NCBI RefSeq assembly: GCF_006345805.1
Contig: NW_021833074.1
Location: 1 to 64,000, forward strand
Source of the DNA: Octopus sinensis
Taxonomy: Eukaryota
Reading direction: 5' to 3'
Length of the DNA stretch: 64,000 bases
Shown: positions 51,490 to 64,000 of the stretch, piece by piece
How the letters are laid out: the number at the start of each line of letters is the position of its first letter
Position numbering within the stretch: position 1 is the stretch's first letter
The notes under the pieces: model-generated
Told to the model about the DNA's origin: nothing
Database searches by the model: none
Seen by the model: the letters and a program-made list of their open reading frames with translations, nothing else
Made by a program: the position numbers and the translations under genes

Positions 51490-51630
51490 TCCTTTCTACT
51501 ATAGGCACAAGGGCTGAAATTTTGAGGATGGGGATAGTCGATTGCATCGACCCCGGGGTCTCACTGGTACTTAATTTATCGACCCCCGAAAGGATGAAAG
51601 GCAAAGTCGACCGCTGCAGAATTTGAACTA
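51490..51630 (-). mobile_element. Family C SINE variant
   Basis: ATCGACCCCCGAAAGGATGAAAGGCAAAGTCGAC. Confidence 0.75.
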
Positions 51631-51695
51631 ATAATAATTAATAATAATAATAATGGTAATAATAATAATGATGATGATGATTATGATGATGATTA

Positions 51696-51846
<151 letters not shown>

Positions 51847-51959
51847 AATAATACTAATAAACAAAACAGAGACAGACATAAAGTGTTGGGGTTTACATAT
51901 AACAAAGAAATAATAGAAGAAAAAAGGTATATACGGTATACACTGGGAAATAGGAGACA

Positions 51960-52625
51960 TGCATAGCATACAGAGGTACAAAGAGAAAAGGTGATGATGG
52001 AGGGGATGATAGAGATGTGGCCCTCCTGATACAGGAACGTCTCTAGGGATAATCGAGGAACCCCCACCGTCCGAGATTTTTCTGAAACCCTATGAGTAAG
52101 TGCCCTCTCCAATTCCTTCTCTTTCACTCACAGGTCTACACTTAGAGAGTTACCATCCACTCTTGCCATTTTCGCAACCTTTACCCACCTTTCAATAAAC
52201 TCACTCGAGGACAGCTCTTGCATCTACACTTTTAATTTCCTTTTCAAGTGAAACTTGAAGAAGTCAATGAGAACTCTACCAAAGAGGAATGTATTTGTAC
52301 TCATACCTTTCAGCCTTGTCCACCAAATAGTATCTTTTGCCAGAGCCACCAGGCAAAGGAAAACTACCTTGTCTGCCCGATCGTAGGAGGGCGGCGGTAC
52401 AATTATCAGTACAGACTCGGTCGATAGATGGATCCGTCCCACACGTGACAGCAGCTGTTCAAGATATACCCTATAAGTCAGCAACGCCCGGACACTAAAC
52501 GTGGGCGTGCAGAACGGTTTCATCACTCTGCGCGCAACTCGGACAAGTCCGTCTGTCAGTACATCCGTGCCTGCAGAGCTTGTCCCGAGCCGGTAGCGCG
52601 CCCTCCCCGGTAGCACTACAGGCCA
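51960..52625 (-). mobile_element. L1/Tx1-like 3' end
   Basis: GALPARDKLCRHG...TCPSCAQSDETVLHA (C-terminal CCHC region), followed by a 3' UTR. Confidence 0.75.
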
Positions 52626-52699
52626 AGGATATCTGGAAATTATCTATGATAGTTCTCGACCGAAAAGTCCTCAATAATAATAATAATAAGAATAATAAG

Positions 52700-53025
52700 A
52701 AGATGGGCTACTGCAAATATTCTGCTCAATACTACAGTTGTTTGACCATAACCAGTTGAATATGTCCCTTAGTGGCTGACGATATGCGTATCTCAGATCA
52801 CTACCAGAGTAGTAGAGAACATCATATGTTGAGAGGAATTCTAGGAACATAGATGTTTCGTTCAACATACTTAAACAACCCCTGTTGAAGGACCTTTTGA
52901 ACGGTTTCGGCTACTTGACCTGAAGAAAGTTTTAATTAGGCCCCACCTGCAAGGTCATGTGCTGTTTATCTTGATATGATTTCACCACGTCGAGATTATA
53001 CGTCGTGCACGTATGGTTCACCATG
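52700..53025 (+). mobile_element. Family D repeat, partial
   Basis: Begins directly after (TAA)n. Homologous to 50945-51300. Confidence 0.75.
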
Positions 53026-53141
53026 TCGCGTACAAAACCACAGAAAGCATACAGAAGTTTGTTTACAAAAAAAAAAACCCCAAAAATCTATGTATTACAC
53101 TTAGTCGCGTTAGCAAAGGTATGTGGGGTTCGAGTCCACAT

Positions 53142-53272
53142 CCACTCACAAGGTTTTGGTCGGCCCGAAGCTATAGTAGAAGAAACTTGCCCAAGGTGAC
53201 ACGCAGTGGGACTGAACCTGGAACCATGTGGTTGGTAAGCAAGCTACTTACCACACAGTCACTCCTACGCCT
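53142..53272 (-). mobile_element. Family A SINE (5' half)
   Basis: Reverse complement of the tRNA-like head and body. Confidence 0.8.
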
Positions 53273-53280
53273 AAATATAT

Positions 53281-53377
<97 letters not shown>

Positions 53378-53388
53378 GTATGTATATG

Positions 53389-53420
<32 letters not shown>

Positions 53421-53439
53421 ATGTATATATAAATGTGCA

Positions 53440-53474
53440 TACCTGACGAAGAGCTCCGCTCGAAACATTAAATC
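53440..53474 (+). ncRNA. Degenerate hammerhead fold, same family as 39370
   Basis: CTGACGA-a-GAGC(tcc)GCTC-GAA-ACAT-T. Stem I is not recoverable. Confidence 0.45.
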
Positions 53475-53742
53475 CACCTTCTTTCTTTCCTTTCCTTTCC
53501 TGAATATCCAATAACACTATACTTGTTCCACGCCCTCGCGTTGTTGTGTTTTCTCTTTGTTCATGTTTGGATAAACTATATATATGTATTTCGTTTTTGG
53601 ATTTGGTTTGCAAGATTCTTTATATGGGTTCGTGTGTTGAAGCATATTCTGTTGTGTCTGGGGAGAGTCATTCTGACAGTCAAAAATTGAGAGTCATTTT
53701 GACAGTCAAAAATTGTGAAGCATGACTGTCACCACTACTACA

Positions 53743-53787
53743 TGAACCCGAAGATTGCAGAATTCAATGCATGAAAGTACTAGTTCA
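53743..53787 (+). ncRNA. Minimal hammerhead fold (U4>C)
   Basis: tgaac-CCGAAGA-t-TGCA(gaattcaa)TGCA-t-GAA-AGTACT-A-gttca. Confidence 0.6.
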
Positions 53788-54239
53788 ATCAGAATGAACA
53801 TTTAACATTCTACTATTTCATTTTATTTTATTCAATTATAATATATTATCTTATAATATATCATTATAAGATTGTAAATAAAACGTGAAAATCAGACAAG
53901 GTTGGAATTCCTTTTATTAATATATATATATATATATAAACACACACACACACACATTATTAACGAAAGCGTTATTCTTAGCGTTGTTATAGGAAAATAA
54001 AGGACAAAAAACAACAATGCCACAAACCCCACACACAGAGGCACACATGCACAATCACGCACGCGATTTGTCCTCTTTTTTCTCCTTTTTTTCCCTTTTT
54101 CCTTACATGAATTGCATTTCGAAAAACGATGATGTAACTCATCAATGTTGTAAATCAAAGAATTGTTTAGATAAAACAACAGAGCTAGCGACTGTCAAAT
54201 TTGGTGCGTAAGAAAATCGGTTAGTTCATTCTTAAGACT

Positions 54240-54510
54240 AGCCAGGCTCATGGGACAGGTTTCCCAGTTTCTGTGGCGTATGTGTTCCCTCCGGCTGGAC
54301 GGGATGCCAGTGCATCGCAGCGTTACTCAAGAAACAGGAAGAGAGAGTGAAAGAAAGTTGGGACGAAAGATTACAACAGGGGTTCGCCACCACCCCCTGC
54401 CAGAGCCTCGTGGAACTTTAGGTGTTTTCGCTCAATAAACACACACAACGCCCTGTCTGGGAGTCGAAACCACGATCCTCCGACCGCGAGTCCTCTGCCA
54501 TTGCGCCTCC
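54240..54510 (-). mobile_element. Family B SINE
   Basis: Reverse complement of the 29554-type element. Confidence 0.8.
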
Positions 54511-55490
54511 ATATATATTTATACGTATATATATACGGTTATATATAATATATATATTTATGTATATATAATATATATATATAATATATATGCATACATA
54601 TATACATGCATGTATGCATCCATGCATGCATGCATGCATCCATACATACATACATATGAACTCGAGCCTGGTATTAACTAATTAATTTTTTTGTTCGTTC
54701 TAGTGTTATAACAGCGTGCCTTATTAATTCGTTGTTTTTCGAGGTTTGGGTTTAAACTGCCCTTTATATCATGTAAGCAGTCCTGTCAAAGGTCTCCTCT
54801 CTGTGTATTAAAATATTTTATACACATATTTTAAAAAATATGTTATGTCTTATGACTTTTATTTATGCATGCTAACCACCGGTAATAAATTATTTTATCA
54901 CCCTCATATTTACGATATATATATAGATCAAAATCAAAATCAAAAATCAAATTTAGAAATCTTTTTTGAAATACTCTAAATTAAAGGACGAATCTACGTT
55001 CAACCATTTTACAACTATATATATAAAGATTTCTAAAGTTGATTTTTCCTACTTTGCTATTAATTAACAGGCGTAAATTTGCAAACATATGAAAGTAATA
55101 CTTGTATATAATGTTTGGTGAATTTATGGAAAGAAGTCCCATAAAGCTCATAGATTTATTTTAAAACGGAGGAAACAAATTGTTAAAATATATGAGAAGT
55201 TTAATTCTTATATATTTCAATAACTTGTGTATGTATCTGCATTGCGTATAAACATACAATGAAAGAAAAGTAACACCAAGCGGAAAACAAGTCAAGTAAC
55301 TAAATAAAGGAAAATTTAAGGCGTGTGACATATAAATAGCGCATGTTTCCTGAATGCGAGTCACTTTTCAAAGCGATCTTTAACGTGAAATGCTGTATGA
55401 ATAATTGGTGCACCTTAATACGGAGTTTGCAGTAGAAGGGTTTGTGAAAAAAAAAAAAACAAGAGGTGAGCATTCATATTTGTTTATTTG

Positions 55491-55581
<91 letters not shown>

Positions 55582-55700
55582 ATATTATATATATATATAT
55601 CATATATTATATGTATATACATATTTATATGTGTGTATGTCTCTTTCTCTCCCTCTCTCTCTTTCTTTACAAATGCATATATATATATGTATATATATGA

Positions 55701-55785
<85 letters not shown>

Positions 55786-55872
55786 ATATATATAATATAT
55801 ATACATGTATGTATGTATGTATGTATGTATGCATGTATGTATGTATGTATGTATGTATGTTTATATATTTGT

Positions 55873-56188
55873 GAAGGCGCATGGCTTAGTGGTTAGAGCG
55901 TCGAGCTTACGATCGTGAGGTGGTGACTTTGATTCCCGGACCAGGTTGCGTGTCGTGCTCTTGAGCAAGACACTTTATTTCACGTTGCTCCAGTTCACTC
56001 ATCTGTAGAAATGAGTTGCAACATCTCTGGTGCCAAGCTGTATCCGCCTTTGCCTTTCGCTTGGATAACATTGGTGGTGTGGAGAGGGGAGGCCGGTATG
56101 CATGGGAGACTGCTGGTCTTCCACAAACAACCGTACCCGGACTTGTGCCTCGGAGGGTAACTTTCTAGGTGCATCCCCTATTTGTTCC
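55873..56188 (+). mobile_element. tRNA-derived SINE with a CORE-like central domain
   Basis: tRNA-like head, then CTTGAGCAAGACACTTTATTTCACGTTGCTCCAGTTCACTCATCTGTAGAAATG, resembling the CORE-SINE domain. Confidence 0.65.
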
Positions 56189-56190
56189 AC

Positions 56191-59101
56191 TTACTTCTCG
56201 AGATGCTTGCTCAATGTTCCCAGGGCTCCGACAATTATTGGTACTACTGCTACCTTTTTCATCGACCACAACTGCTTAAATTCCCATGTTAACCTGTCAT
56301 ACCTCTCATCTTTTCTTTCTTCCTTATCGCATACCTTCTTGTCAGCTAGACATGCTATGTCTATGATCCAGCATAGTTTGTTTTCTTTCTCAATTAAGAC
56401 TATGTCCGGCTTCTTATTCTTTATCTTATGGTCGCACTGAATCATAAAATCCTATAGGATCTTTACATTTTTATTTTCGACGATGCCTTCGAGTTTGTGG
56501 TCGTACCAAATTTTTTCTCTGTAAAGTCCATACTTTTTACAAAGCGTCCAATGGAGAAGCCTGGCTATATTGTCGTGGCGTTTCTTATATTCCTTCAGGG
56601 CTAGTGGCGTACATTGGTTGGTAATATGCCATACAGTTTTATCAATTTGTCCACAGATTCTGCATTTATCACTATCTGATGTGTTGTCTATTCTGTATTT
56701 TATGTAGTTTGTTCTTAGTACTTGCATTTGGGCAGCACAGATTAGCGCCTCCGTTTCTAAATCACTTTTTATCATCCACAGCCTTCTTTTTTCTTTGTCT
56801 GTCCTATCTTCAACATCCTTATGAAATTGACCATGCATTCTTTCTTTTTCAGTTTCATTCGTTTTCAATTTCTTGTACAGTGCTTTATCTTCGCAATCTT
56901 TCATCCTACACAAGCCTAACCTTCTTACTTATGATATCGGTTCTGTGGGTTTTTTTTTTACATACCATGCTATGTTGTTTTCTTCTGCGCTAATGCATCC
57001 AATAAGTCCTCTTCTCCCCCTTTTTCTTCGTACATACAGTCTGTCTGTGTCACTTTTTGGGTCGAGTGTCCCATATCTATTTAGCAACTTCCTTGTCTTT
57101 CTGTCGAAGCTGTTTAGTTCGTCTGCTGTCCATGCGATTATCCCTGCTCCATATCTAAGGTGTGAAACCGCCCAGGTGTTGATAGCTTCAAATCTTATTC
57201 CGTCCGTTTAATTTTGACTTAAGGATCAGTCTCAGTCTGCGTAAGCACTCCACATTAAATTTTTCTGTCATTTCTTTTTCCATCAATTTATCCATTTCCA
57301 AAATTCCCAAGTACTTATAGCCTGTCTCTTCTATCTCTTTCATAACTTCTTCCTATAGTTTCGTTAGCCCGTCCATACATTTGATTGCGCCTCTCTTCAA
57401 GGCTAACACATCACACTTTCTCAGTCCGAACTCCATTCTGTTATCAACACTGAAGGTATACACCGCATCGACGAGGGAACTGACTTGGGCTTCATCTTTA
57501 CCATAAAGTTTGAGGTCATCCACGAATAGCAAATGGTTGACTTTTTGTTGGCGGCTTTTGAATACATATTCAGCTCTTGCTTTCCTCGGAATTAGTGTCA
57601 GTGAGATCAAGCACAGTACAAATATCAGTGGGGACAGGCAGGTGCCCCTTTTAATTTCTACTGTCCCTAAACCTCTTCCGTATGCTGTCAGGTCCGTCCT
57701 CCATTTCGCCAAACTTTTTCCAAGCAATCGCTCAACATTCGATGCAATACCAAATAGGTTCATACATTCCATAATCCAAGAATGTGGGATCATATCGTAC
57801 GCCTTACGATAGTCGATCCGTGACAGGTCTAAGTTATTTTTCCTCTTCTTGCAGTCTCTAAATACAGGTTTGTCTATCAGGAGCTGATCCTTGGTACCTC
57901 TGCACTTACGCTTGCAACCCTTCTGCTCATGTAGCAGGACTCCATTTTCTTCCAGATATTCGTACATTGACTCTGCGAGTATTTCAGTCAATAATTTCCA
58001 CATAAGTGGCAAACAGGATATTGGCCTGTAATTGTCAACCGTGTTGCCTTTTTCGATATTTTTCAGGCACAGCACTGTCTTACCCAATGTCAACCACTCT
58101 GGTGTTACTTGGTCGGCATTTAACAAGGTGTCGAGTTGCGCAGCTATTCGTGCATGACATTCACCAAATCTTTTGATCCAGTAGCCTTGAACTCCATCTG
58201 GTCCCGGTGCTTTCCAGTTGCTCATTTTTTCTTGCTGATTTCCTTCACTTCCCTAACTGAAATGACTAGTTCTGCCTGTTTTCGACAGACTACTGTTTGT
58301 TTCAGTTCTTGCAACCATTCTGCATCCTTCTTGTGCTCCTTGTCTTTGCTCCAGATGTCATTCCAAAGCCTTTGACTTTCATTGTTATGTGGTATCAACT
58401 TTTCATCTGTACACTCTCCATTTATTTCTTTACAGAAACTCTTCTGATCTACTCTGAATAACCTATTCTGGTAGTAACCCTTCATTAGTCGGATCTTACC
58501 ATTTTTGTTTTCTTTGCAACGAGGCGCTGCTTCAGTTCCTCCATCACCACTTTCAAGCCCTTTCTTTCAATATTATACTTCCTTTTCAGCGCCCTGTATT
58601 TTTTGTTCACTTTTAAGCTCCCCTTTCTCTGCTGCTATTTTCCAAGACCCGTCTTTTGATAGTTTCGAGCTCTACTTCTGTGAGCCGACAATTTTTTCTT
58701 ATTGCTCTAGCTTGATCACATAGTGTCTGTTCCGTGAGTTGAAGCAATCCCTTTTCTCTCCAATGATCATACATATGTTGTCGGTAACCCCTAATTTGAG
58801 CACCATTTTCTTCTACCGGGCTGCTCAAGTAGTAACGCTCCATGACCACAGCATTTATTTGCTTGCTCCATCTACGCCATATGTGGTGGTCCCTTTCTGG
58901 ATATCGACAGGCTGGAGCCGGACCAGAATCTCTGAGCCTGCCGGGTGGAACACAATCACCATCATTTGCTTTTGTTTAATTACTACCGTTATTCACAATA
59001 TTTTTTATTGTTACTCATGAGGTAGCGATTATCAGGTTGCGCATTTACCAGTGTTTTTATTGTGACACCATCAGTCCATGGGAGATTCCACCTGTTTCCT
59101 T

Positions 59102-59103
<2 letters not shown>
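56191..59103 (-). mobile_element. Near-full-length decayed Dong/R4-like retrotransposon
   Basis: N-terminal YYLS...GYRQHMYDHW, RT ([23 protein letters not shown]), CRICGQ..ETVWHI..C, HDNIA, KPDIVL...IIDIAC. The 5' end abuts the (ATT)n tract at 59104. Confidence 0.9.
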
Positions 59104-59162
<59 letters not shown>

Positions 59163-59982
59163 CATCATCATCATCATCACTGATATCAATGACATTATCG
59201 CTTTCATGTGTAGTGGTTGCAGCAACAGCATCAGTAGCATAGTGGTAAGGGTGGTAGTTGGGCCTCAGTTGGGCGATCATAATAGTAGTAGTTGTAGTAT
59301 TAGCAGCTGCAGAATATTATTATTTTTATTATTTTTATCATTGTCACCGTCACCACCACTACCACTGTTATAAACTTTATTACTAATTCCACTTATTATC
59401 AAAAGATTTCATTAAATGTTCTTTATTTTCAACTTTTGTCTTGTACTTGAGATAATCATAAAAATGTGGTTGTTGGAGGAAATAGTTGAGTAGCAGCTTG
59501 GTGAAAAGATCATATTCTACAGGTCTATAAATAGATTCTGCAGATGGTGGGGAGGGGTCTATAAATAGATTCTGCAGATGGTGGCGAATCTTCCCACCCT
59601 TTGGGTCAGCAGAGGTGAAATGTGTTTAGTACTACCAGTTACCATTGAGTGCGTTGCCTTGAAAGAAGCAATTCAACCTGTTCTATTTGTAATTACTGGT
59701 AGAAAAAACAATAATATATATACACATACACACACACAGACACACACGCACACACACATACACATATATATATATACTGATATTCACGTCGTTGAATTTT
59801 TGAAATTCTGAATTCAATTGTGTTGTTGCAATAAAAGGTATGTTTACGTATTTGGGTAATATCAAATATCAGGCCATCCGATAAGATCTGTCCGAATTTT
59901 GAATAAAGGAAACAAGAGATCAAATGTTATATTTATTTGAAATTTAATCATCATCATCATCATCATTATCATCATCATGATG

Positions 59983-60032
<50 letters not shown>

Positions 60033-60068
60033 TATTATTATTATTAATTATAATAATAATAATAATAA

Positions 60069-60404
60069 TGGGGGAGCATCATAGCCATGTGTTGAGAAGG
60101 ATTCTTTGGGGTTTGAATAATTCACCTCTGGAAACATGGGTGTTTTGTTCAACGTCCTTAAACAACCCTTATTCAGGGACCTTTTGAGCGGGATGGGTTA
60201 CTCGATCTGAAGAAAATTCTAACTGGGCTCCACCTGCAAGGTCATGTGCTGTTTATGTTGATATGAGATCACCATGTCGCGCACATATGGTTGTGATGCA
60301 TGTGCCTGGTGTACCCATATCAGACGAGTAGTCATGATGGGTATACTGGGCTTCGTATATTTTACCCCAGTGTCACTTTGATGGCATGCTCCGCTCGCTC
60401 ACTC
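60069..60404 (+). mobile_element. Family D repeat, 5'-truncated, (TAA)n on both sides
   Basis: Homologous to 51072-51406. Confidence 0.85.
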
Positions 60405-60444
60405 AGTAATAATAATAATAATAATAATGTTAATAATAATAATT

Positions 60445-60475
<31 letters not shown>

Positions 60476-60516
60476 CATTATTATTTTTATTATAATTATT
60501 ATGATAATTATTATTA

Positions 60517-60596
<80 letters not shown>

Positions 60597-60616
60597 TAGT
60601 AGTAGTAGTAGTAGTA

Positions 60617-60668
<52 letters not shown>

Positions 60669-60669
60669 T

Positions 60670-60800
60670 CAAATTTTGAAACAAGGCCAGCAATTTTGGG
60701 GAAGACCTTAGTGTTCAAATGGTACTTAACTTAACGACTCCGAAAGGATGGAAGGCAAAGTCAGCATAAGCAGAATTTGGACACAAAATGTTAAGACAGA
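60670..60800 (-). mobile_element. Family C SINE variant (degenerate)
   Basis: CCGAAAGGATGGAAGGCAAAGTC. Confidence 0.6.
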
Positions 60801-61172
60801 CGAAATGTCGCTCGCATAATAAATGTTCCTTAAGTTGTACCGATGTCCTGTTGATCTTTGATGCCATTGTTTTTTTGCTCGCGTATGTGTATATGTATGT
60901 ATGTATGTATGCATGTATGTATGTATGTATGTATGTATGTATGTATGTTTGAATGTATGTATGTATGTATGCATGTATGTACGTACGTATGCGGGTAGGT
61001 ATGTACATATCTGTCTGTATATCTGCCTGTTTGCCTGTCTTCTGTCTCTGTATGATAGACTTTATATGTTAGACGTTTAATTGAAATACATAACATATGA
61101 CATACACACATATGTATGTACTTATTCATATATGTATGCTATATATATATATATATTATATATATATATATT

Positions 61173-61209
<37 letters not shown>

Positions 61210-61219
61210 ATGCATGTAC

Positions 61220-61252
<33 letters not shown>

Positions 61253-61278
61253 TATATATATATGTATGTATGTATATA

Positions 61279-61648
61279 TCTCTCTATATATAAACGGCAG
61301 TTTGTCTGTGTGTGTTTCTGTGTGTCTGTTAGGTTGTACCCTCACCCTGACCACGGCTTTCAACCGATTCTGATGAAACTTGACACACACATAGCCCAAT
61401 GTCATAATTCAAAACTAACGCAGCGAAAATTTTGAAAAGTTCCCCCAGTTCTGAAAAAAATCGATAAATTCGACATGGGGTCGAGAATCAGAAACACAAA
61501 CCACAGACTGTCTAGGGGACGCAACTCGACCTTTTTAACTAAAAAAAATTTACCATCATTTTTTTTCCATTTTTTGGCTATAACTCTCTAAAAATGCTTT
61601 ATAGTTATTTCCCTTACAAACCCGAGCAACGCCGGGCGATACTGCTAG
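61279..61648 (+). mobile_element. Non-autonomous Helitron
   Basis: A|TC...CTAG|T junctions. Near-identical to 47305-47691. Confidence 0.85.
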
Positions 61649-61658
61649 TATTTATATA

Positions 61659-62220
61659 TTTGTGAACAAACCGGATGTTACGGAGAACAGCGACACACAT
61701 AGGTCTTTTTAAATAGTAACTGTAATTATATATTATTCATATAATAATATATGTTCCATTTAGAGCGACTATACCTAAGCAATTGACCCAAAAAAGATGG
61801 GCCGAACCACTGCGAATTGAACACATCAATGCTTACACGGTTCCGGACGCAACCAATTCAGCCACAAAGCCCACATTGCCCTTTTTTCGGTCGCTTGTTT
61901 AGGTTTAATCTCTCTAAATGGAGCATATATTATTATATAAATGATATATAATTACAGTTATTATTAAAAAGGACCCATGTGTGTCTCTCTTCTCCGTAAT
62001 TTACAGCCTTCGGGTTTATTTACAAAGGCTAACATTATCTATACATTAAATTGATGAAATTGATGAAATTGATGAGTGGGCTATGTGATTGAATTGGGTG
62101 TGTACGGAGCCATGTAAGCATTGATGTCATTTTCAAATCGCAGTGGTTCGGCGGTCCCTCTTTTTTCAGTTAATTGTTTAGATTTAATCGCTCTAAACGG
62201 AGAGTATATTATTATATAAA
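61659..62220. mobile_element. Fold-back/MITE-like element with ~110-bp inverted arms plus a partial inverted duplicate
   Basis: 61659-61768 pairs with the reverse complement of 61911-62026. 62085-62220 is an inverted copy of ~61735-61870. Confidence 0.65.
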
Positions 62221-62242
62221 TAATACATACATACATACATAT

Positions 62243-62316
<74 letters not shown>

Positions 62317-62902
62317 TACTACATATACCCAACTAATAAACTGTCACCTGCAAATATATTTTACTTAGTAAACGATAGCCGCAAGAATAAAGCGAACAAA
62401 CTAGTACCAGATTATGTAACCAATCTCAGGCATCCATATTTATTGATTTACTAAGATCCTTGGACCACACCGTATCACACAGTCACACTCACTGGATTAA
62501 TTCTTCATCCGGTAGTTCTGCTTTGGCAGGTATACTTGAGATATTCCCAGCGTTAATTCCTGAGGGTAGTCACCAACTGTTGACAAAGATCATCTCGTAA
62601 GCTATAAAGGACAGAGAAACAAAAGACTCTAACCAGAAATTGTTAAGTTTCCAACAATTTCTGATTAAAATTTGTTCCAGCTGAAATGTCCTAATAACAA
62701 AACAATATCGATCTCCCTGTCGTCTGCCTGTCACAGAGTTTTATTTTCATTTCTTCTCTTTGATATGTTGGTGTTCTTTCGTCTTTAAACATACACATAT
62801 TTCATGATTTAATTGTCACATCGTCCTTGATGATTTGATGATTTCAGTGTTTCTCATATTTATATTTTGTTATTTCAGATATCTGTTCACACTGGTTCAA
62901 CT

Positions 62903-64000
62903 ATGATTCACTTCAACGTAATTGTATTCCTCCTGGGGCTCTTATCACCATTAGTTTATTCTCATGGTTGTCGTATGGAAGACGACGTATGTGAGTTTAA
63001 GCTGGTAATTTCCTATAAATTAACTATGCTATACAATAAGATCTTGGTACTACCCCATAATGGAAAACTCTACAAATATGACGTCACTAATTTTACAAAT
63101 GCTCAACCGATACCAACTGATAAAGTCATTACGATGGATGGTTTCTCTGAGTCAGTTAAGGTGATTACAGTAAATGGTACAGTTCCTGGACCAACGATAG
63201 AAGTTTATAAAGGACAAAGAGTCATCATTGAAGTAGAAAACCAATTATTTTCAGAAGGTACAACAATACATTGGCACGGCTTGCATCAAAGAGAAACATC
63301 ACATATGGATGGTGTACCTTGGGTTACACAGTGTCCAATTCAACCAGGTCAGTCGTTCAGATATGAATTTAATATTACACAAATTGGAACTTATTGGTAC
63401 CATTCTCATATTGGAACACAACGTACCATGGGAGTATTTGGTGCTTTGATACTACACGAAAAGACAAAACGTAAAATGGAAGAACATGTAATGGTAATCT
63501 CAGACTACAATCATGACTGGGATTCCGATATGAGTTTTTTAAAAGTTGGCATGGGACTTTATATGCATAAAAAAAAGGTTGATATTACCAGATCTGTTGA
63601 AGGAGGGCTTTTTAGTCTCTTTCAGTTCAATTCCGGAACTGTGAATGGTCGGGGCCGTTATTATGATGAGTCAGGGAAACATAATGAGGCTCCACTGACT
63701 GTCTTTGAAGTAGAATCAGGTAAAGAATATCGTTTTAGAGTGATCGCTGCAGGGGCTCTGTACCCATTTGAAGTATCTGTTGATGGTCACCAGATGGTAG
63801 TCATTGCCTCTGATGGTTATGACATAACACCAACACCTGTTGATTACTTTATCATCAACCCCGGTGAGAGATTTGACTTCACAATACATGCAAATAACTC
63901 TGTCGGAAATTACTGGATCCGCGGACAGACACTGCAAATGGGCAAAAATAATACATTTGAAGCAATTCTTCGATATAAAGGTGCACCGGTCGAAGAACCT
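62903..64000 (+). CDS. Laccase-like multicopper oxidase, copy 2 (5' part, runs off the window)
   Basis: Open frame from ATG 62903 to the window edge. Collinear without indels with 4125-5222 (offset 58,778). HWHG and YWYHSH motifs. Acceptor TATTTCAG at 62878. Confidence 0.95.
   Translation, partial: MIHFNVIVFLLGLLSPLVYSHGCRMEDDVCEFKLVISYKLTMLYNKILVLPHNGKLYKYDVTNFTNAQPIPTDKVITMDGFSESVKVITVNGTVPGPTIEVYKGQRVIIEVENQLFSEGTTIHWHGLHQRETSHMDGVPWVTQCPIQPGQSFRYEFNITQIGTYWYHSHIGTQRTMGVFGALILHEKTKRKMEEHVMVISDYNHDWDSDMSFLKVGMGLYMHKKKVDITRSVEGGLFSLFQFNSGTVNGRGRYYDESGKHNEAPLTVFEVESGKEYRFRVIAAGALYPFEVSVDGHQMVVIASDGYDITPTPVDYFIINPGERFDFTIHANNSVGNYWIRGQTLQMGKNNTFEAILRYKGAPVEEP

Noticed and set aside
55325-55385. 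Minus-strand TTGAAAA...GAAACAT hammerhead-like string
   Set aside because: Stems I and III cannot be formed consistently.
59522-59585. Short tandem duplications (also 33572-33680, 53672-53722 and 62049-62075)
   Set aside because: Two- or three-copy slippage duplications with no further structure.
61661-61700. Second GTGAACA followed by a small hairpin and GAA
   Set aside because: No A15.1, no stem I partner, and the inverted arm does not conserve the heptamer. Treated as coincidence.

Overview
Repeat-rich animal genomic DNA with no rRNA, CRISPR or operons. The SINE families and the density of (TA)n/(CA)n/(TAA)n microsatellites look like an octopus or other coleoid cephalopod genome (inference from recognising repeats, not from a search). 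The only host genes I can support are two tandem, same-strand paralogs of a laccase-like multicopper oxidase, 58,778 bp apart. Copy 1 has one ~2-kb exon (4101-6100) encoding the signal peptide and all three cupredoxin domains, with a single frame break at ~5350-5384, plus a distant 3' exon (10487-10608) encoding a transmembrane anchor. Copy 2 starts at 62903 and runs off the window. Almost everything else is transposon-derived: Dong/R4-like RLE retrotransposons in (TAA)n, L1/Tx1, RTE, Penelope-like (RT + GIY-YIG), hAT, mariner, pogo-like, non-autonomous Helitrons, MITEs and several tRNA-derived SINE families. The most striking unannotated signal is about 14 minimal type-I hammerhead-ribozyme folds of about 11 distinct sequence types. 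They have self-complementary stem III segments, and the core 3-8 tertiary pair appears as C-G, U-A and G-C. The G3-C8 version occurs in both arms of a 289-bp palindrome at 23605-23893. The two oxidase paralogs are a mosaic of identical tracts and one hypervariable loop. All analysis was by eye. Several frame breaks look like long-read consensus errors.
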